Shown: in pieces, positions 12,276 to 25,239 of the stretch
Numbering within the stretch: position 1 is the stretch's first letter
Layout: every line of letters starts with the position of its first letter
From: Cystobasidiomycetes sp. EMM_F5
Lineage: Eukaryota
Direction: 5' to 3'
NCBI GenBank assembly: GCA_051047955.1
Contig: JBPGPT010000013.1
Location: 310,001-374,000, forward strand
Length of the DNA stretch: 64,000 nucleotides
Translations under genes and position numbers: made by a program
The notes under the pieces: model-generated
What the model saw: only the letters and a program-made list of their open reading frames with translations
Databases searched by the model: none
What the model was told of the DNA's origin: nothing

Positions 12276-14896
12276 ATGGAGCTCAAACCTCGCGAAGAAC
12301 AGTGGGAATACACCAATGGCTCACACGACGCCGGCGATAGCAAACAAGCTTTGGCGGACGGACCCGCCCATCCAACTAACATTGGGATTGAGGAGGCAGC
12401 CTTGGACGGTCATGCCGCGACCGATAGCTTGGGAAGATCCACAGTCATAATCGACCATCAGGCCGAACGCAAGTTGAGGACGAAAATGGACATGCGCCTG
12501 ATTCCTATGGTGTTTATCCTATACCTGTGGACTTTCATTGACAGGTATGTCTGTATGATACCGTCAGATGCATACAAACAATGACATCGCCCTCAAGGAC
12601 GAATATTGGCAATGCGCGTATTGCGGGTCTGGAGGCAGATTGTGCGTACTGGTAATTCATCAGTTATCAGCAAGACGTTGACATATTCTCGGCGCTGTCA
12701 GTGGGCATGAAAGGTACGCAGACTGTCACGGAACCAGCAAGTGTCAAACCAGCTGAGCGCAACGATCGTAAAGGTTACGACTACAACATTGCATTAACCT
12801 CATTTTACGTGGCCTATGTCGTATTGTAAGAAGACTGTTCGTTGCAAGGGACTTCGTGGGCTGAGAAGCGGGCTGGCTTGACAGTGAAATACCGAGGTGA
12901 TAACCGAGAATACTTGTCCATACGCTGTGTATTGAAACATGCCCCGACTAGTAACATCGTCTGCAAGATCATTGGACCCGGGCGATGGATTCCTATCCTT
13001 GTCTTCCTGTTTGGGGTACGCCATTCGACTTGTCCTAACATTGATCAACGGCTTACTCCTTCGTCAGATCCTGTCGATGTGTACAGCTTTCGTGAAGAGC
13101 TTCGGCGGCTTGATTGCTATGCGCTTCCTGATTGGTGCACTAGAAGGTATATGAATAAACGTCCAAAAAGGACTTGCAATGCTGCATGAAGCTGACCTCG
13201 CTCTGTCAATTCTCAGGCGGCATGCAGCCCGGACTTGCCTTCTATTTGTCCAGGTAAGTCTACTTTTGGCAATTGTGTCGTGTAGTGGCCTTACTTGTAC
13301 GCTAGATGGTACACACGCTCGGAGCTTGTCTTTCGTATCGCCTGGTAAGCAACAACGACGGCGCAAACCCTGTAAACTCGGGGCTGAGTGCTTAAGACAG
13401 GTTCATAGTGGCAGCTCCGGCGTCTGGAATGTTTGGAGGGGCGCTTGCTTACGGTCTGCTATCCATCAACGGCATTGGTTGGCTTACTCAGTGGCGGCAA
13501 ATCTTCTTCGTAAGTCGCCCATCTCCTGCATGAAGTGACCAACCAATCTGACTTTGATTTGATAAAGGTTGAAGGCATCGTGCGTCTGCCGGGCCAGTGT
13601 TGCAGAAATAGCTGAACACAAGGCTGATGAGCGAATTTCTAGGTCACGGCAGGAATTGGTGCAATCGGGTTCTTCATCATGTCTGACCGGCCTGCGACTG
13701 CTTCCTGGTTGAGTCCGGAGGAGAAGGCTCTTGCCATCAGCCGCGTGAAGCGGGAGACACCTGCCCAAGTCGAAGTCACTGAAAAACTGCGCAAGAAGTC
13801 ATTCTACTCTGGATTGTTCAGTATCAACGCCGCCTTCATAGCCCTCATCTTCGTCTTCGTACGTGTTATTGCCTCCTCCGTTGAGCTTGGTCATGATCAC
13901 TTAATTGGCCAACCTGTCTGCAGAATGGTATTGCCGTGCAAGGTATCTCGGTGAGCGCTGCTGTACAGCGTACTGCGTGACCCTCGACTGATTGCCCCAT
14001 AAATCAGGTGTTTCTACCGACTCTTATATCGTCGCTATATCCTGGCCTGACAACGTTAGAGAAGCAAGCCAAGACTATTCCTCCGTACGCAGTCGCGTCA
14101 GTGATAGTCATCGTGCTCCCTACGATCAGTTGGCGGATAGGTCGCCGAGCGATCATGATGATGCTGACTGCGCCTTTGGGCATTATTGGATATGCTTTGT
14201 AAGTCGTCACTTCTGCTCCCCCAGTAGTGTTACTCTCTGAGGCAGCAGCCAGGTACTTGGGATCGACCAACGTAACAGTGAGATTCATCGGGACCTTCTT
14301 CATTATGGCTGGTGTATATCCGTTCGTCCGGCCATATCTCAGCGAGGCCGGTTTCTATTAACCTTGACTACTCCATGATAGCTTCGGCGCATACTGCCTG
14401 GCGTATGGTGGCGCCAATGCCTCTCCCGACTCCGCGAGAGGTGGTGCAATTGCTCTAGTCTCTTTTGGCGGAAATCTGGGTGGCCTGATCTCCACCTGGA
14501 CATATCTGCCAAGTACGTCGTCCACCGCACTACCATTCCCGAGAATAGCGAAGCTGATGTATCCTTTCTGTACAGCCCAAGCACCCAATTATGGTTGAGT
14601 TGATGACTTACTAACCACGCGTCTCTACTAACATCCTCGTGTGTAGCCCCAGGAAATATTATCGGCATTGTTTCAACGACAGCCATGACTGTTCTGTCGG
14701 GCCTTGTTTGGGCGTATCAAGTACGCGAAAACAAGATCAGAGATCGGGGAGGGCGAGACTACCGATTGGAGGGCCTGAGTGAGCAGGAAGTGGCTATGCT
14801 TGGCCACAGACATCCGAGTAAGTGAGAATTGCCCATTAGTGCAACTTTCCTGATTCTGTCTATGCTGTCTCTACAGAATTCCGCTACACATATTGA
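12276..14896 (+). CDS. MFS transporter, Dal5/Tna1 (allantoate/anion:cation symporter) family, many small exons
   Basis: Spliced product contains KMDMRLIP, IDRTNIGNARIAG, YNIALTSFYVAYVVFEIPSN, RFLIGALEG, WRQIFFVEG, WLSPEEK and terminal EFRYTY*. Confidence 0.9.
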
Positions 14897-15414
14897 TGGA
14901 AGATCCCGAGCCAGCCCGAATAGGTTCCCCTTCTTAAGCTGGACATGCTGTTCATTGTGAAAAGGTGTAAGTACCAAGTACGCGCATCTTAGGTCCGAGT
15001 TCTTGTTAGTGGAAGTGTATGCTGGAACAGAATTGAGTACATACAAGTGGTGTGCAGCCCGTCTCAGTCGATGACAATGGCTCAGGAGCGGTTGAAGTCA
15101 CTGCGGTACAGTGACTGGAATGCCTTGACTGAGAGGTTGGGGTTGCTAAGATTTGTGTAATGATAAAAGGGCGATTTCGACGGAAGTGCGGCATAACATC
15201 CAGCAATGTTATCAGTCTGAAGACTCTAAGCGCGTTCGCCTGATTGCCCTGCTGCAGGCGCTGCCTTTCTCGGCCTTTCATTAGGATTACTCGAAACTGA
15301 AATCAAGCCCTTCGAGGATGCATATTATGAGATGGTTATCTCTGTAGCCTGACATTTCTCACCGCATAAACTGCCTCGTAAACGATGACCGTTCGCTAAT
15401 CATTCAAGCGCTCA

Positions 15415-18078
15415 ATGATGGACGCCAATGCCAGCAGCAGCGGGGACGGGTCGAGCCATCGCCTCAAGCGGACCCGGATTGCACTGGCATGCACCAGGTG
15501 CCGGGCGAGAAAGAGCAAGGTGAGTAAACAGACGGCTCACCTCAGACTCGGAAAGCTGATTGTTTGACCACGTCGCGGCTGGGCTGGAAAGTGCGATGGC
15601 CGTCAGCCTACCTGCTCCTCTTGCGAGGCATTTGATGTAGCCTGCAGCTACAGTATCGACTCTGCCAGCAGCGCGTCGTCTTTCTCGCAGCGGGATATGT
15701 AAGTTTTCATCCTAGTAGCGATGGCAGACTGTGATGACTGACTGTTCTGTTATTTGCATGCATGCATGCACGCTTGCACAATGCGGCTGGGTTCTCCGCT
15801 TCAGTGATCAAGCTTCCTTGCACCAGCGAGTGACAGACTTGGAGGCTGCGCTAATGCTCACCAATGCTCGCTTGTCGCACTATGCGGAACTCTGCGACGC
15901 TATGCACCAATCCGGCGCTGCAGGTCGCACCATCGAAACCACCATCAGTACTCTGAGGGACGGCTACATCTCCACTTCCGAAGAAGAGCAGTCAAACGCA
16001 GACGGAGTGGATGCGATGGGGATCTCGTCTGATCAAAGCGCCAGACGAGCACACTACGGTCCCACTTCAGCTGCGACTATGGTAGACCACCTGCTCAACA
16101 CGATGGGCAAAGTCGAAGCTCGTGCACCCTGGACGCATGACAGCATTGAAGACATCCTACCATATCAAACGACCATCCCGTCCATTCAGACTACGTCTCA
16201 GCAGCCCCATAGACCCCATGGCTTTACCTCATTACCGCGTGCGATGGAACTCTTGGACGCGTTCGAGAGAGATACCTGGCCGATATATCCGGCAGTCAGC
16301 ATGGTGGCGGTTCGGACGTCTTTGGAAAAGCTACACGCTCTAAGTGCTACGCAGACCGGTCTCGGTACCTCGCATCATGCAGAGCTTGCGCTTCTTCATG
16401 CCATCCTTGCGCTCTCGGCTGCGTTTATGGGCGATGAAAGCGAGGGGGCTGCATATTACCAAGTCGCGCGGGCTGTCATGGATAAAGACGGCGTGGATCA
16501 AGCCGTCGATACGCTATGGCAAGGTAATGCACACAGCCTCTAACGCGCCTCCGACAGGTATCGGCTAATTATGAAAACTCATTTTATAGTACAGTGTCTC
16601 ATCTATTGTGTCCTGTACCTTCAGTCGACAGACAGGTGAGTTTACCGGAGATGTCGCCAAGGGCTTCGGCAAGTAGGTCGATGTCATGCTTATTGCCTCC
16701 TAGTCCAGCTCGAGCATGGCACGCCTGCGGCCGGGCGGTCAGATCATCGATAGCCATGGGTTTGCATACAACTCGACCTCGATTGCGCACAACGGACGCA
16801 GATACGGCCGAAATGGCCAGCAGAACTTGGTACATATGTCTCGGACTGGATCGGTATGTGGTGCTGAACGTATTAGAGCATACACAGCGATATTGATGCA
16901 GTTGGTCAAGTTTCATGAGCATGTCCCTCGGTCGTCCGAGTGGTTTGGATGATTTAGCAGGCATGCCCAGGCCGCCGCGACCATTGGTTACCGAATCGCC
17001 GACTGACTTGGAATACTGCACAAACGTCATGTACGATGTCTAGGCCTGCTAACGTCGACAGGACGGAATACTGACGAGACTGTCAATAGAGCCCTGCATG
17101 GTATACTTGGCAAGATCCTCAATTTCTGTCATCGCCGTCAAGATGATCCTGTCACTCAGAGCATGACCAGGAGGCGATTGGCAGAGGAAATGCAAATGTG
17201 GTTGGAGCGGATACCTACCTCCCTTGATTGGCGCACCTTCTCGAACTTCGGTATGGCACCTCAGCAATCCTTAATGCTCGCGTTGCGCTTTCATGCGATT
17301 CGCATGTTATTGCATGGCTCGATGCTGGAAGTGTTTGCGGATCCCTCAAGTGGCACCGTTACGCCGATGAACTCCATGCGGCATACGTCTGCAGCTGATT
17401 ACGGTCAAGATCGCATGTCTGGCCTCAAGCTCTGCGTGGCGGATGCGCTGCAGAATGTAGATATACTCAATCAGACGAAACGTTCGGGCAGCAAGACTGG
17501 GGCAGCTTGGTACCGCTTATATTTCAGTAAGCATTTAGGCTTCTGCCTAAGTATCTACAGCAGAAGGGAAAATTCGCTGGCATCTGACCTGTTGCTGTGA
17601 AGCTTTCCAAGCTCTGACAGTCTTAGCTGGGTCGCTTGTAAGCAAGAAAAGCCTTAATTTCATCGATGCCGACCGAGAAGCCTACATTGGCACTTCTCGA
17701 CAAGCTCGCTTCGTGGGATGCCAGACATGCGTTGCTATCATTGCTGATCTGAGTCAGACTTGCGGATCGGCGCGCCGGTGCCTCGGGACTGCAGAGAAAA
17801 TCATGACTAGTATGCTGCGTGCGTGCGGCCATCGCTGAACATGAAACACCTTTGCTGAGATTCTGGATGCAGGACTTGGCATACACCATTCGCTTCTCAC
17901 GGACGCGACAGCTGTCGTCAGTAGTCTTCCAGCGGCAGAAGAGCCCAATTTTAGCATTTCGAATGTCGACTGGTGGGTCAACAGCGCGCAAGACATTGCT
18001 GGCTTGTCAGAACAGCAGCAGTCGTTTCTAGACACGACATGGCTGTACAATTCTGCAGGACTGTCCGAGTTCATCTAA
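15415..18078 (+). CDS. Zn(II)2Cys6 fungal transcription factor with Fungal_trans middle domain
   Basis: Exons 1-2 give RIALACTRCRARKSK|CDGRQPTCSSCEAFDVACSY (all six Cys). Also HYGPTS, and AWHACGRAVRSSIAMGLH...RTWYICLGLDR...SLGRP. The 3' end is less certain. Confidence 0.88.
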
Positions 18079-18125
18079 TGCAATGCACAATACGATGGTC
18101 TAGATGACACGGCCGATGAAGCGCG

Positions 18126-19805
18126 CTATGAATACAGGTCTTCCTCTTCTTCTTCGTGCAAGTGCGGATCGCCAACGATTTTGATAGGGGACAGACCGCG
18201 GACAGTATCGACAGCATTGACTTTTTTGCTTGCGGCAATGTTCTCATCCGTCTCCTCGATGCTCTTCATGAAGTCTTCGTCCTCTTCGAGCATGTCATCG
18301 TCAAAATCGAGATCGGGTCCAGACGACACCGATGTCGCTGAAGCTGGTATACGAGGTTTGGGTGCAGGATCTGCAATACCTTCCATCTCTCGCAGAATGT
18401 CTTCTTCATCGCCGAAATCATAGTCGTCAAAGTTGTCCTCGACTATCGATGCAGGGTTTCCCGGTGGTCGTGTCGCAGCAACCTTTGAGAGCTGTACAGC
18501 TGGACGCCTGTCCTCCATCTCCATCATTGCCAGTTCTGCTTCTGCATCCTCATCAAAGTCATCGTCGTCGAGGTCAAACGTGAGTTCATTGTCGTTGAAG
18601 CCCGCCTCGGATGTAGTCGATGGTCGTGGTATCGTTGCAGTTCCTCCGTGCCGCGCTTTCTGGGTATCAGTAAAGAAAATGTCGGCATCGGCGCTCGTGC
18701 TTGCTACCGGCTGTGAGTGCACGACTAGATCCTCGTCATCGTCAAGCTCCCGCATTTCGGCATCATACGATAGTGCCCCGCCAGGCGAAGACGTTGGAAT
18801 ATTGTCAAAGTGGGATCTCTTTGGCCCGGCAGGGAGAGGTGATCCTGCTTGCGACGTTGACGGACCGTCCGTAGTGCGATAACGGACCGTGATGCCAACG
18901 TCTGGATGGTCGTCGTCCGACCCTGCAGGTTGTCTATCGTTCCCTTCACCTTGCGCATCGGAAGTAGCGCCTTGGTCGGCCTTATTGCGAAAGATGCCCT
19001 TAGCTTCGTCTTTCAATACGTCAAGTTCGTACTATGCGTGAAGAGTTGAGCAAGAGAAGCGTACACATGCTCTAAAGCGTGATAACATACCTTCATGCCC
19101 TTCTTTAAGCACACCCTTTCGACTCCTTCAATAGTCGAGCGGAATGGTAGCCGCGGGAACAGTTGATGGGCCCACAGCTGGTACACAGTCATCAGACGTC
19201 GTAAGTCTTCGTCCTGTTATAGATCAAAGTCAATATCTTGTATGATGTCCACGCGTGGTGAGGGCACCCACTTCATGCCCTTTGCCCTTAATCTTGAAGC
19301 CTTTGAGGTTATCTCTGAGTTTTCTGAAGCCTCGGTCGCCCATCAGACGCGCTTCGTCAATCTTCGCACGCGGTTGCGCCTTCTTTCGCGACTTCTTTTC
19401 GCCGTCTTCGCCCTCATCCCCCTCTTGGGCGGCACCAGCGCGACCTCTGCCCTTGCCTCTTGCGCGACCACCCGTGATACTATCGTCGATGATGGCAGCC
19501 GCAGCCTGAGCCGCCGCCTTTGCTTTCCCATCAGCTATACGCTTGTCCTGCTCCGCGAATGCTGACCGGTCCATTGGCGCCGGCAGCGCTTCGTCGTCGT
19601 CGTCGCTCATGTCCCTGTCGAGATCAGCAAAGAGCCAGTCGACATCCTCTGCAGTCGTGCGCTTGTTGGCGAGTCCCTCGAGCCCTTTCCAGGCGACGTC
19701 TGCCTCGTTGTCGCTGCCCTCGTCGCCCAGAAATCGAGGTGCAGCTCGCTTGAGCGGGCGAGCTTGGACGGCTGCGAGGCCGGGTGGTGGTGGAGTGAGC
19801 GACAT
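18126..19805 (-). CDS. CSM3: Replication fork protection complex subunit Csm3/Swi3/TIPIN
   Basis: KIDEARLMGDRGFRKL...KGKGHE, then an exon with DLRRLMTVYQLWAHQLFP (Swi3 domain), followed by an acidic C-terminal tail. Confidence 0.87.
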
Positions 19806-19902
19806 TGATGAGTCTTGATAGTTGTTGGTGTTGGTGTTGCTCGGCAAGAGAAAGCAATGTATCTTCAATTGCAAATTGGCGCAAAGTAGCGACGCGATCG
19901 AG

Positions 19903-19918
19903 TGTTTACGCGTAAACA
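19903..19918. promoter_or_regulatory. Perfect 16-bp palindrome TGTTTACGCGTAAACA (MCB ACGCGT overlapped by two forkhead GTAAACA sites)
   Basis: Read directly from the sequence, about 100 bp upstream of the CSM3 ATG. Confidence 0.6.
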
Positions 19919-19974
19919 GACCATATTGCAGGCTTCTAACGGGGTATGCTACTCTACAACGACCGTAGTATTGC

Positions 19975-22144
19975 TCATGGATCAACATGCCAGTAGACGG
20001 CAGTGGTCCCGTCTGAAAGAAGACCCCACGTCAGCCAGGGTAACGCTACAGATTGAACAATACTCACACCCGCAGACAATGCGCTCCTCCGCCTTCTTGT
20101 GGTTCCACGTGCGAGGAGCAAGCTGTAGACGCTTGTGAGGCATGTGCGTCCTCGCTCCACTATCCATACCCTCTTCTGCACTCTTGGCCTCCTTGTCATC
20201 GTCCTTACCTTGTACCGCTGCTTCCGCCGACAGGCGCGCGTACGGGAGTGGACCAATATGCTGCGGCACTGCGAGATTGCTGCGCTTGCCTGTACCGAGC
20301 TGATAGTCTGCATTATGACCGACCACAAACACGTCGTTGCCAAAGTACTGTTTCGTAGCAGTATCGTACAGCGCATTGCCGAGCGTTATCGCAGCGTGCG
20401 TGGCGGAGATGGAGACTTTGTCAATTGGGATATTCCGTAGGCTCTGTGTCGCTTCGGAGAACTCGGTCAATCCCGAGACAGTCTTCACTCGCACTGCTTG
20501 ACCGGAGCTATCATGCAAAGCATCGTTTGGCGGTCAGCTGGGGCGCCCTCTCGGTTTAACAAAACAAAAGTCGCAGCTTACGATCCCCATTGTCCATTAC
20601 CAAGTTGCCCATTCGCACCCTGTCCGGCCGCCAAAAGATCACTGTACGTCCTCTTGGAGCTGCCGTCAGACATGCCAAGTCCCTGAGGCGCAGGATCGTT
20701 GGCCGATTTCATATCCTCCCGCTCAACAACGAAGAAGGACGTGTCACCGCCGGCAATGACCTTGAGCGGCTTTATTCGAGCTGTTCTTGGGTAAGCTGCT
20801 GTCAGGGCGCTTTCCGTAGGCGTCGGTATGGTGGGGAAGGAATAAGATGCGCCTAGTGCTAGTTGTCTGAGCAGATAGTATGATTTTAAGCGTCACAGAA
20901 TGAGGAAGATGACCATTTTTCACACCCACCCGTTCGAATTGTTTCCCCATGCCAGGACTCGTCCTTCGGTCGTCAGAGCCAACGAATGCCTGTCACCTGC
21001 GGCAATCTGCGAGATGTTTAGTTTGCGCAGACTTGGGATCTCCTTTAACGTTTCGTCGTATCTCAGATCGCTTTCTCTGATGATTTCAGATGTCCCATCG
21101 CTCGCTTTGCTGCTAGCCGCTTCGAGAAGTCGAGGAGATCCGAGTTGACCGCATTCGTTTGCGTTACTATCGACGCACGCGGCCATTGCTCGGCCATCTG
21201 TTGATAGGGCGAGAATGTGACTGCGTCCGCATGCAATATCTGTAATCTTCTTGTTGACAGGTTTGCCATCGGCATCGAGCAGTTGCATTGTCCTGTACTG
21301 TGCTTCTGGATTGTGATAGCCTAGTATCCGCCAGTACCAGCTAATGGAAGGCATGGGCTGGTATGACGTGTCGTGTTGAGCGTCTTTGCTGACAGGGACA
21401 ACGAGCACTTGACCACCTCGCGTTCTTGCGTAGATCTTTGCGGGCGTCAGGGCAACCTGCACTACATCCATTCCGCGTAGAGTCCGTTCGGGCGCCCTGC
21501 AAGCTGGTGAGTAGGCAGTCCCCCATTGTACGAGATCTCCGGATGAGGTGACTGCGACTGCGTACTGGTCGTGCAGAGCTAGATCGCGAAAGGTCTGTCC
21601 GGCCAGTCCTGGAAGGTATCTTGGCTTTTTGACTATGGGCGGGCCGGACAGAGTGGCCACTGAGGGACCATCTGGCGCAACAATCTTGTTTCTGTAAACG
21701 CAGTCTCTCGTCAGCTGCACTCCTCTAGCCAGGAATAATGATGGTGTACCTGTTTGTTCCCCACAGATGCACGCCGAGGTGTTCGTGACCGGAATGCAAG
21801 AGGTGGGAGGCGGTCTGCTTTACCCTGTCCACTCCTTTCGATATGGCTGAGCGAGCTTTCTCTGCCCTCTGCTGCTCAACTGGGGCAGCATCAGCTCGTA
21901 GTGGCGACGTGGAATTGACGACTAGAGCTGCAGCTGTCAGCGAGGAAGCAAAGAGGAGGATATTTCTGCGGGAGGGATATGAAGAGGTGTGCGATGAAGA
22001 GGTGTACGATGAATGCGGCGCAGAGTGGATGGCCCTTGCACTGAAAGCAGCGGGCGACGATGACTTCCATACGGTGCAGCGATGGTGGGCTGTGGATCGC
22101 GCAGCCTGCCGCGCAGAGAGAGACGTCGTCGACAGGCTGGCCAT
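19975..22144 (-). CDS. FMP25: Mitochondrial RCC1-repeat protein, Fmp25-like
   Basis: Arg/Ser-rich presequence plus TM, GVHLWGTN, and RCC1 repeats (IACGRSHILAL, CGQLG, IAAGDRHSLAL, GHNADYQLGTGKRSN). Ends CGYGTTAVYWHVDP*. Confidence 0.8.
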
Positions 22145-22311
22145 GGATTCAAGACGATGTGGTCGACAGAAAAGACAGTAAAAGACGAGTTGAAAGAACA
22201 CAGCGGAATTGCAATGATGCGCCTAGAGTATTAATTGGTGGCAACGACAAACAGGCATAGGGTCATTCTCGCCAGCTGCAACGCTGGGGCATTGCATACA
22301 CGCAGCACTCG

Positions 22312-23042
22312 TCACGCTTCACTGTCCGCCGCTACGGATGGAGCCGCGTCCAAACTGCTCCAGTCATGCCTGTCTGCAAAACAGTTGCCCGCAGCTTCAT
22401 CAGAGACGTCCGAGTTTTGGCCATCCCCGACCGTAGTGATGCAGTACGCCGTAATGTACGATTCTCCTGTCGAATTGCACGAGCCCATGTAAGCGAGCGG
22501 CATTGCGATACATCTACTCAGATTGTCCTACCATCAGCCTTGGTACAAGTAGAGCTGAGTACGGTGTAGAGTGCACCCTGATTGCTATCGTAAGCAGCTC
22601 TGTCACAGCACCAACCCCTGCACGTGCGACATGGTCCATCAGCATTCGTTATATTGCAGCCAGTCTTACAATGCCAGCTTGCCATTGATCGCATGTACTC
22701 GCACCGTAGATGGGGTCGTACTGTTACCGAGAGATCACTCGTGTCAGCACACCTCGGATACATTCTTGGCATCCGTATACACTGCGCAGCACGTACCTGG
22801 TGCTGCGCTTCGATGGTTTCGGATTTCGGCCAGTCGTACGAATGCGGAATGTCTTCAAACGGAGTTGGCATCGAGATAACCGGCGACGAGTCTACCGAGT
22901 TGACGGCCTCCACGCTGAGCGTGACTGTGGGTACTATATGGCGCGGGAGATTATGGCGCATTCTCTGTGGACCCTGCTGCAGCGCATAGATGCCGTGAAA
23001 GGCCAGAGTCGTCGCCGTAGAGGCAGAGAGGAGAAGCCGCAT
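22312..23042 (-). CDS. Small putatively secreted cysteine-containing protein (4 exons)
   Basis: Hydrophobic N-terminus. Three intron-like segments with branch sites give ...QHQ|YDPIYGASTCDQW|GWCCDRA...CTKADG|ESYITAYC...SEA*. This model needs a GC donor at 22682. Confidence 0.45.
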
Positions 23043-23130
23043 CAGAATGTGCCCGGTAGACGCAAGAGTTGTGGAGGAACAGGTTGAGCGGGAGCTCGCA
23101 CGAAGCTGGATCGATAGAGACGACTTGGGT

Positions 23131-23163
23131 TGTCGGATGGAAGGATGTCGGATGGAAGGATGT
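23131..23163. repeat. 15-bp tandem duplication TGTCGGATGGAAGGA x2 in a divergent intergenic region
   Basis: Read directly from the sequence. Confidence 0.8.
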
Positions 23164-23506
23164 TGGGGATGTCAAGGATGAAGAGAGTCCATCGGGTGAC
23201 TCCATGCAGGCAGGTGGATCGCGGAAGGGAGGTCGGTCCTGCCCATTCGAGTAAGCAATCACAGCGGTCACCGGATTTGGCGGCGACTATAATCCAACAC
23301 CCTGCTAGCTAGCCCTGTCGTGGCATACCAGCGTCGTCGAGGACCACTTCTCCCGTCATCGTATCCGCTGCCCAGTGACCACCTTTGCATGCTTGCAGAC
23401 TTGATGGGTTGCAACAAGACTAATCAGCGAGCACGGCAATCAAACCATCATCTGATATCAATCATCAAGAAGGCTATTGACCGCTTCCTCCCAATTACTG
23501 GCAAGC

Positions 23507-25102
23507 ATGCCTCCAAGAAAGCGGCAGTACAACAGCCCCCCGGCCATGGGCGGCGACTCGACAAAGCGGGTGCGATTCAACAGCGAGGAGGTCGACGACG
23601 ACACCGGAGAGTGAGCGAGAGAGGGGTGGGGTTAAATGACGATATGGCTGCAGCTAATGCTTGTAATGGTGCAAAAGGTTCGACTTTCCAAACCGCAAAG
23701 CGCGACGAGGTGCCGTAAAGGACACGGACGGCTATCAGGACGACAGCAGCGGGGACGACGACGGAGGGCCGCGGTCGAGGGTCGCACCCGCTAATGCAGA
23801 CGACGAGGACGACATGTTTGGCTCGACGTCTGCCGGGGGTAGCAGAGCCGGCATGGAGGCAGGCGAGCCAGACTTGGACGCAAAGGACAACGATACTCGG
23901 GTGCGCGACTCTGGACTCGACCTGTCAAAGGAGGCCGCAAAGGGAGGCAAAGAGTTTCTCGAGCTGGGTGATATTCAAGGGCAAGAGTTTGGGTCGACGG
24001 AAGCTGCTGGATCCATAAACAGGGAGAAGCGTCTGTCGGAGAATCAGACGCGCCTAGTGTACGAGGATCAGGAAGACTATGTCGAAGGAGAAGAGCACGC
24101 CAACGACGACGATGCCTACGTCCCGAAAGAGCGCAAGAGCGCACAAGGTATGGGCTTTGCAATGTCGCGCTTCAACATGAAGGACGAGATGGAGGAGGGA
24201 AAGTTCTCGGCCGATGGCAGTAGGTCGTATGGCTTCCACGCGAGATGCAGACTCGGCCCACAGCACGTACTGACCAATGCTCGGCCTGACTTGCAGACTA
24301 TACCGCCAACGCAAAAGATCCGGATGCAGTGCACGACAACTGGCTGACAAGCTTGACAACGCAAGACCTACAAGCGGCTCAACGCGCAAAGGAGAAGCAA
24401 GACGCTCTGATAGCGGATCGTCACCGCGTGCAAGATGCCAAGATATTGTCTCGCATAGACTGCCTGAAAGCGATGCTACAAAAAATGGGAGGACTGGTAC
24501 AGCCCGGAGAATCGGTACAGACTGCGCTCGTTAGACTTGGCAAGGCGAGAAAGCACGAGCAGGAAGCTGAAAAGGAAAGACTAAAGCAAGAGAGAAAGAA
24601 CAGTAAAAAATCACGGCCAAAGAAGGACTTTGATGCGCCTAGTCCCCCTGGCGAACATCAGACAGAATCGGCCGGTGCTACGGGCTCTTCAATAGCAGAC
24701 ATGGATGCCATTGACCCTTTGGCTCCCCCGCATCCTGTAGCTAGCGGAGCATTGAAGGAAGCGCCGGCAAACGGCACCAAAAGATCGACAGATACGCCCA
24801 TCAAGATCGCCATTGATACGCTCACGACCCTGGCGTCCACCATGTTGGGAACATACGGCGAGACTGCAATCTACGACGAAACGTACGGAGGCATGATCAA
24901 GCAGCTCGTGGCAGAAGGCGAAGTGCCGCGCAATTGGAAACCAACGGTTGAACCACTTGCTGGCAGCGCAAACGGGAATGATATCACTCACGTGTCAAGT
25001 GACAAAAGCGAGTCGGATGCGCTGACTATTACCGAGACGAAAAAGCCTTCTTCGCGAAAAACCGTAATCAGCCGCCCTCTAATTTCCCGGCCAAGTTCCT
25101 AA
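23507..25102 (+). CDS. LIN1: U5 snRNP protein Lin1/CD2BP2-like
   Basis: KRVRF near the N-terminus, FNMKDEMEEGKFSADG|NYTANAKDPDAVHDNWL, PGESVQTALVRLG and IYDETY. Three exons. Confidence 0.82.
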
Positions 25103-25239
25103 TCGTTCGTTCGTCAAATGACAACGTGCTCAAGCGGATAATTTATACATGTAGCTTGAGAAGTAGCTCGAAAAGTAAAGCGCAGGCGGAAGTGATCATG
25201 GAAGGCCAACTCTGGATCATGCTATAGACGTGACGCGAA

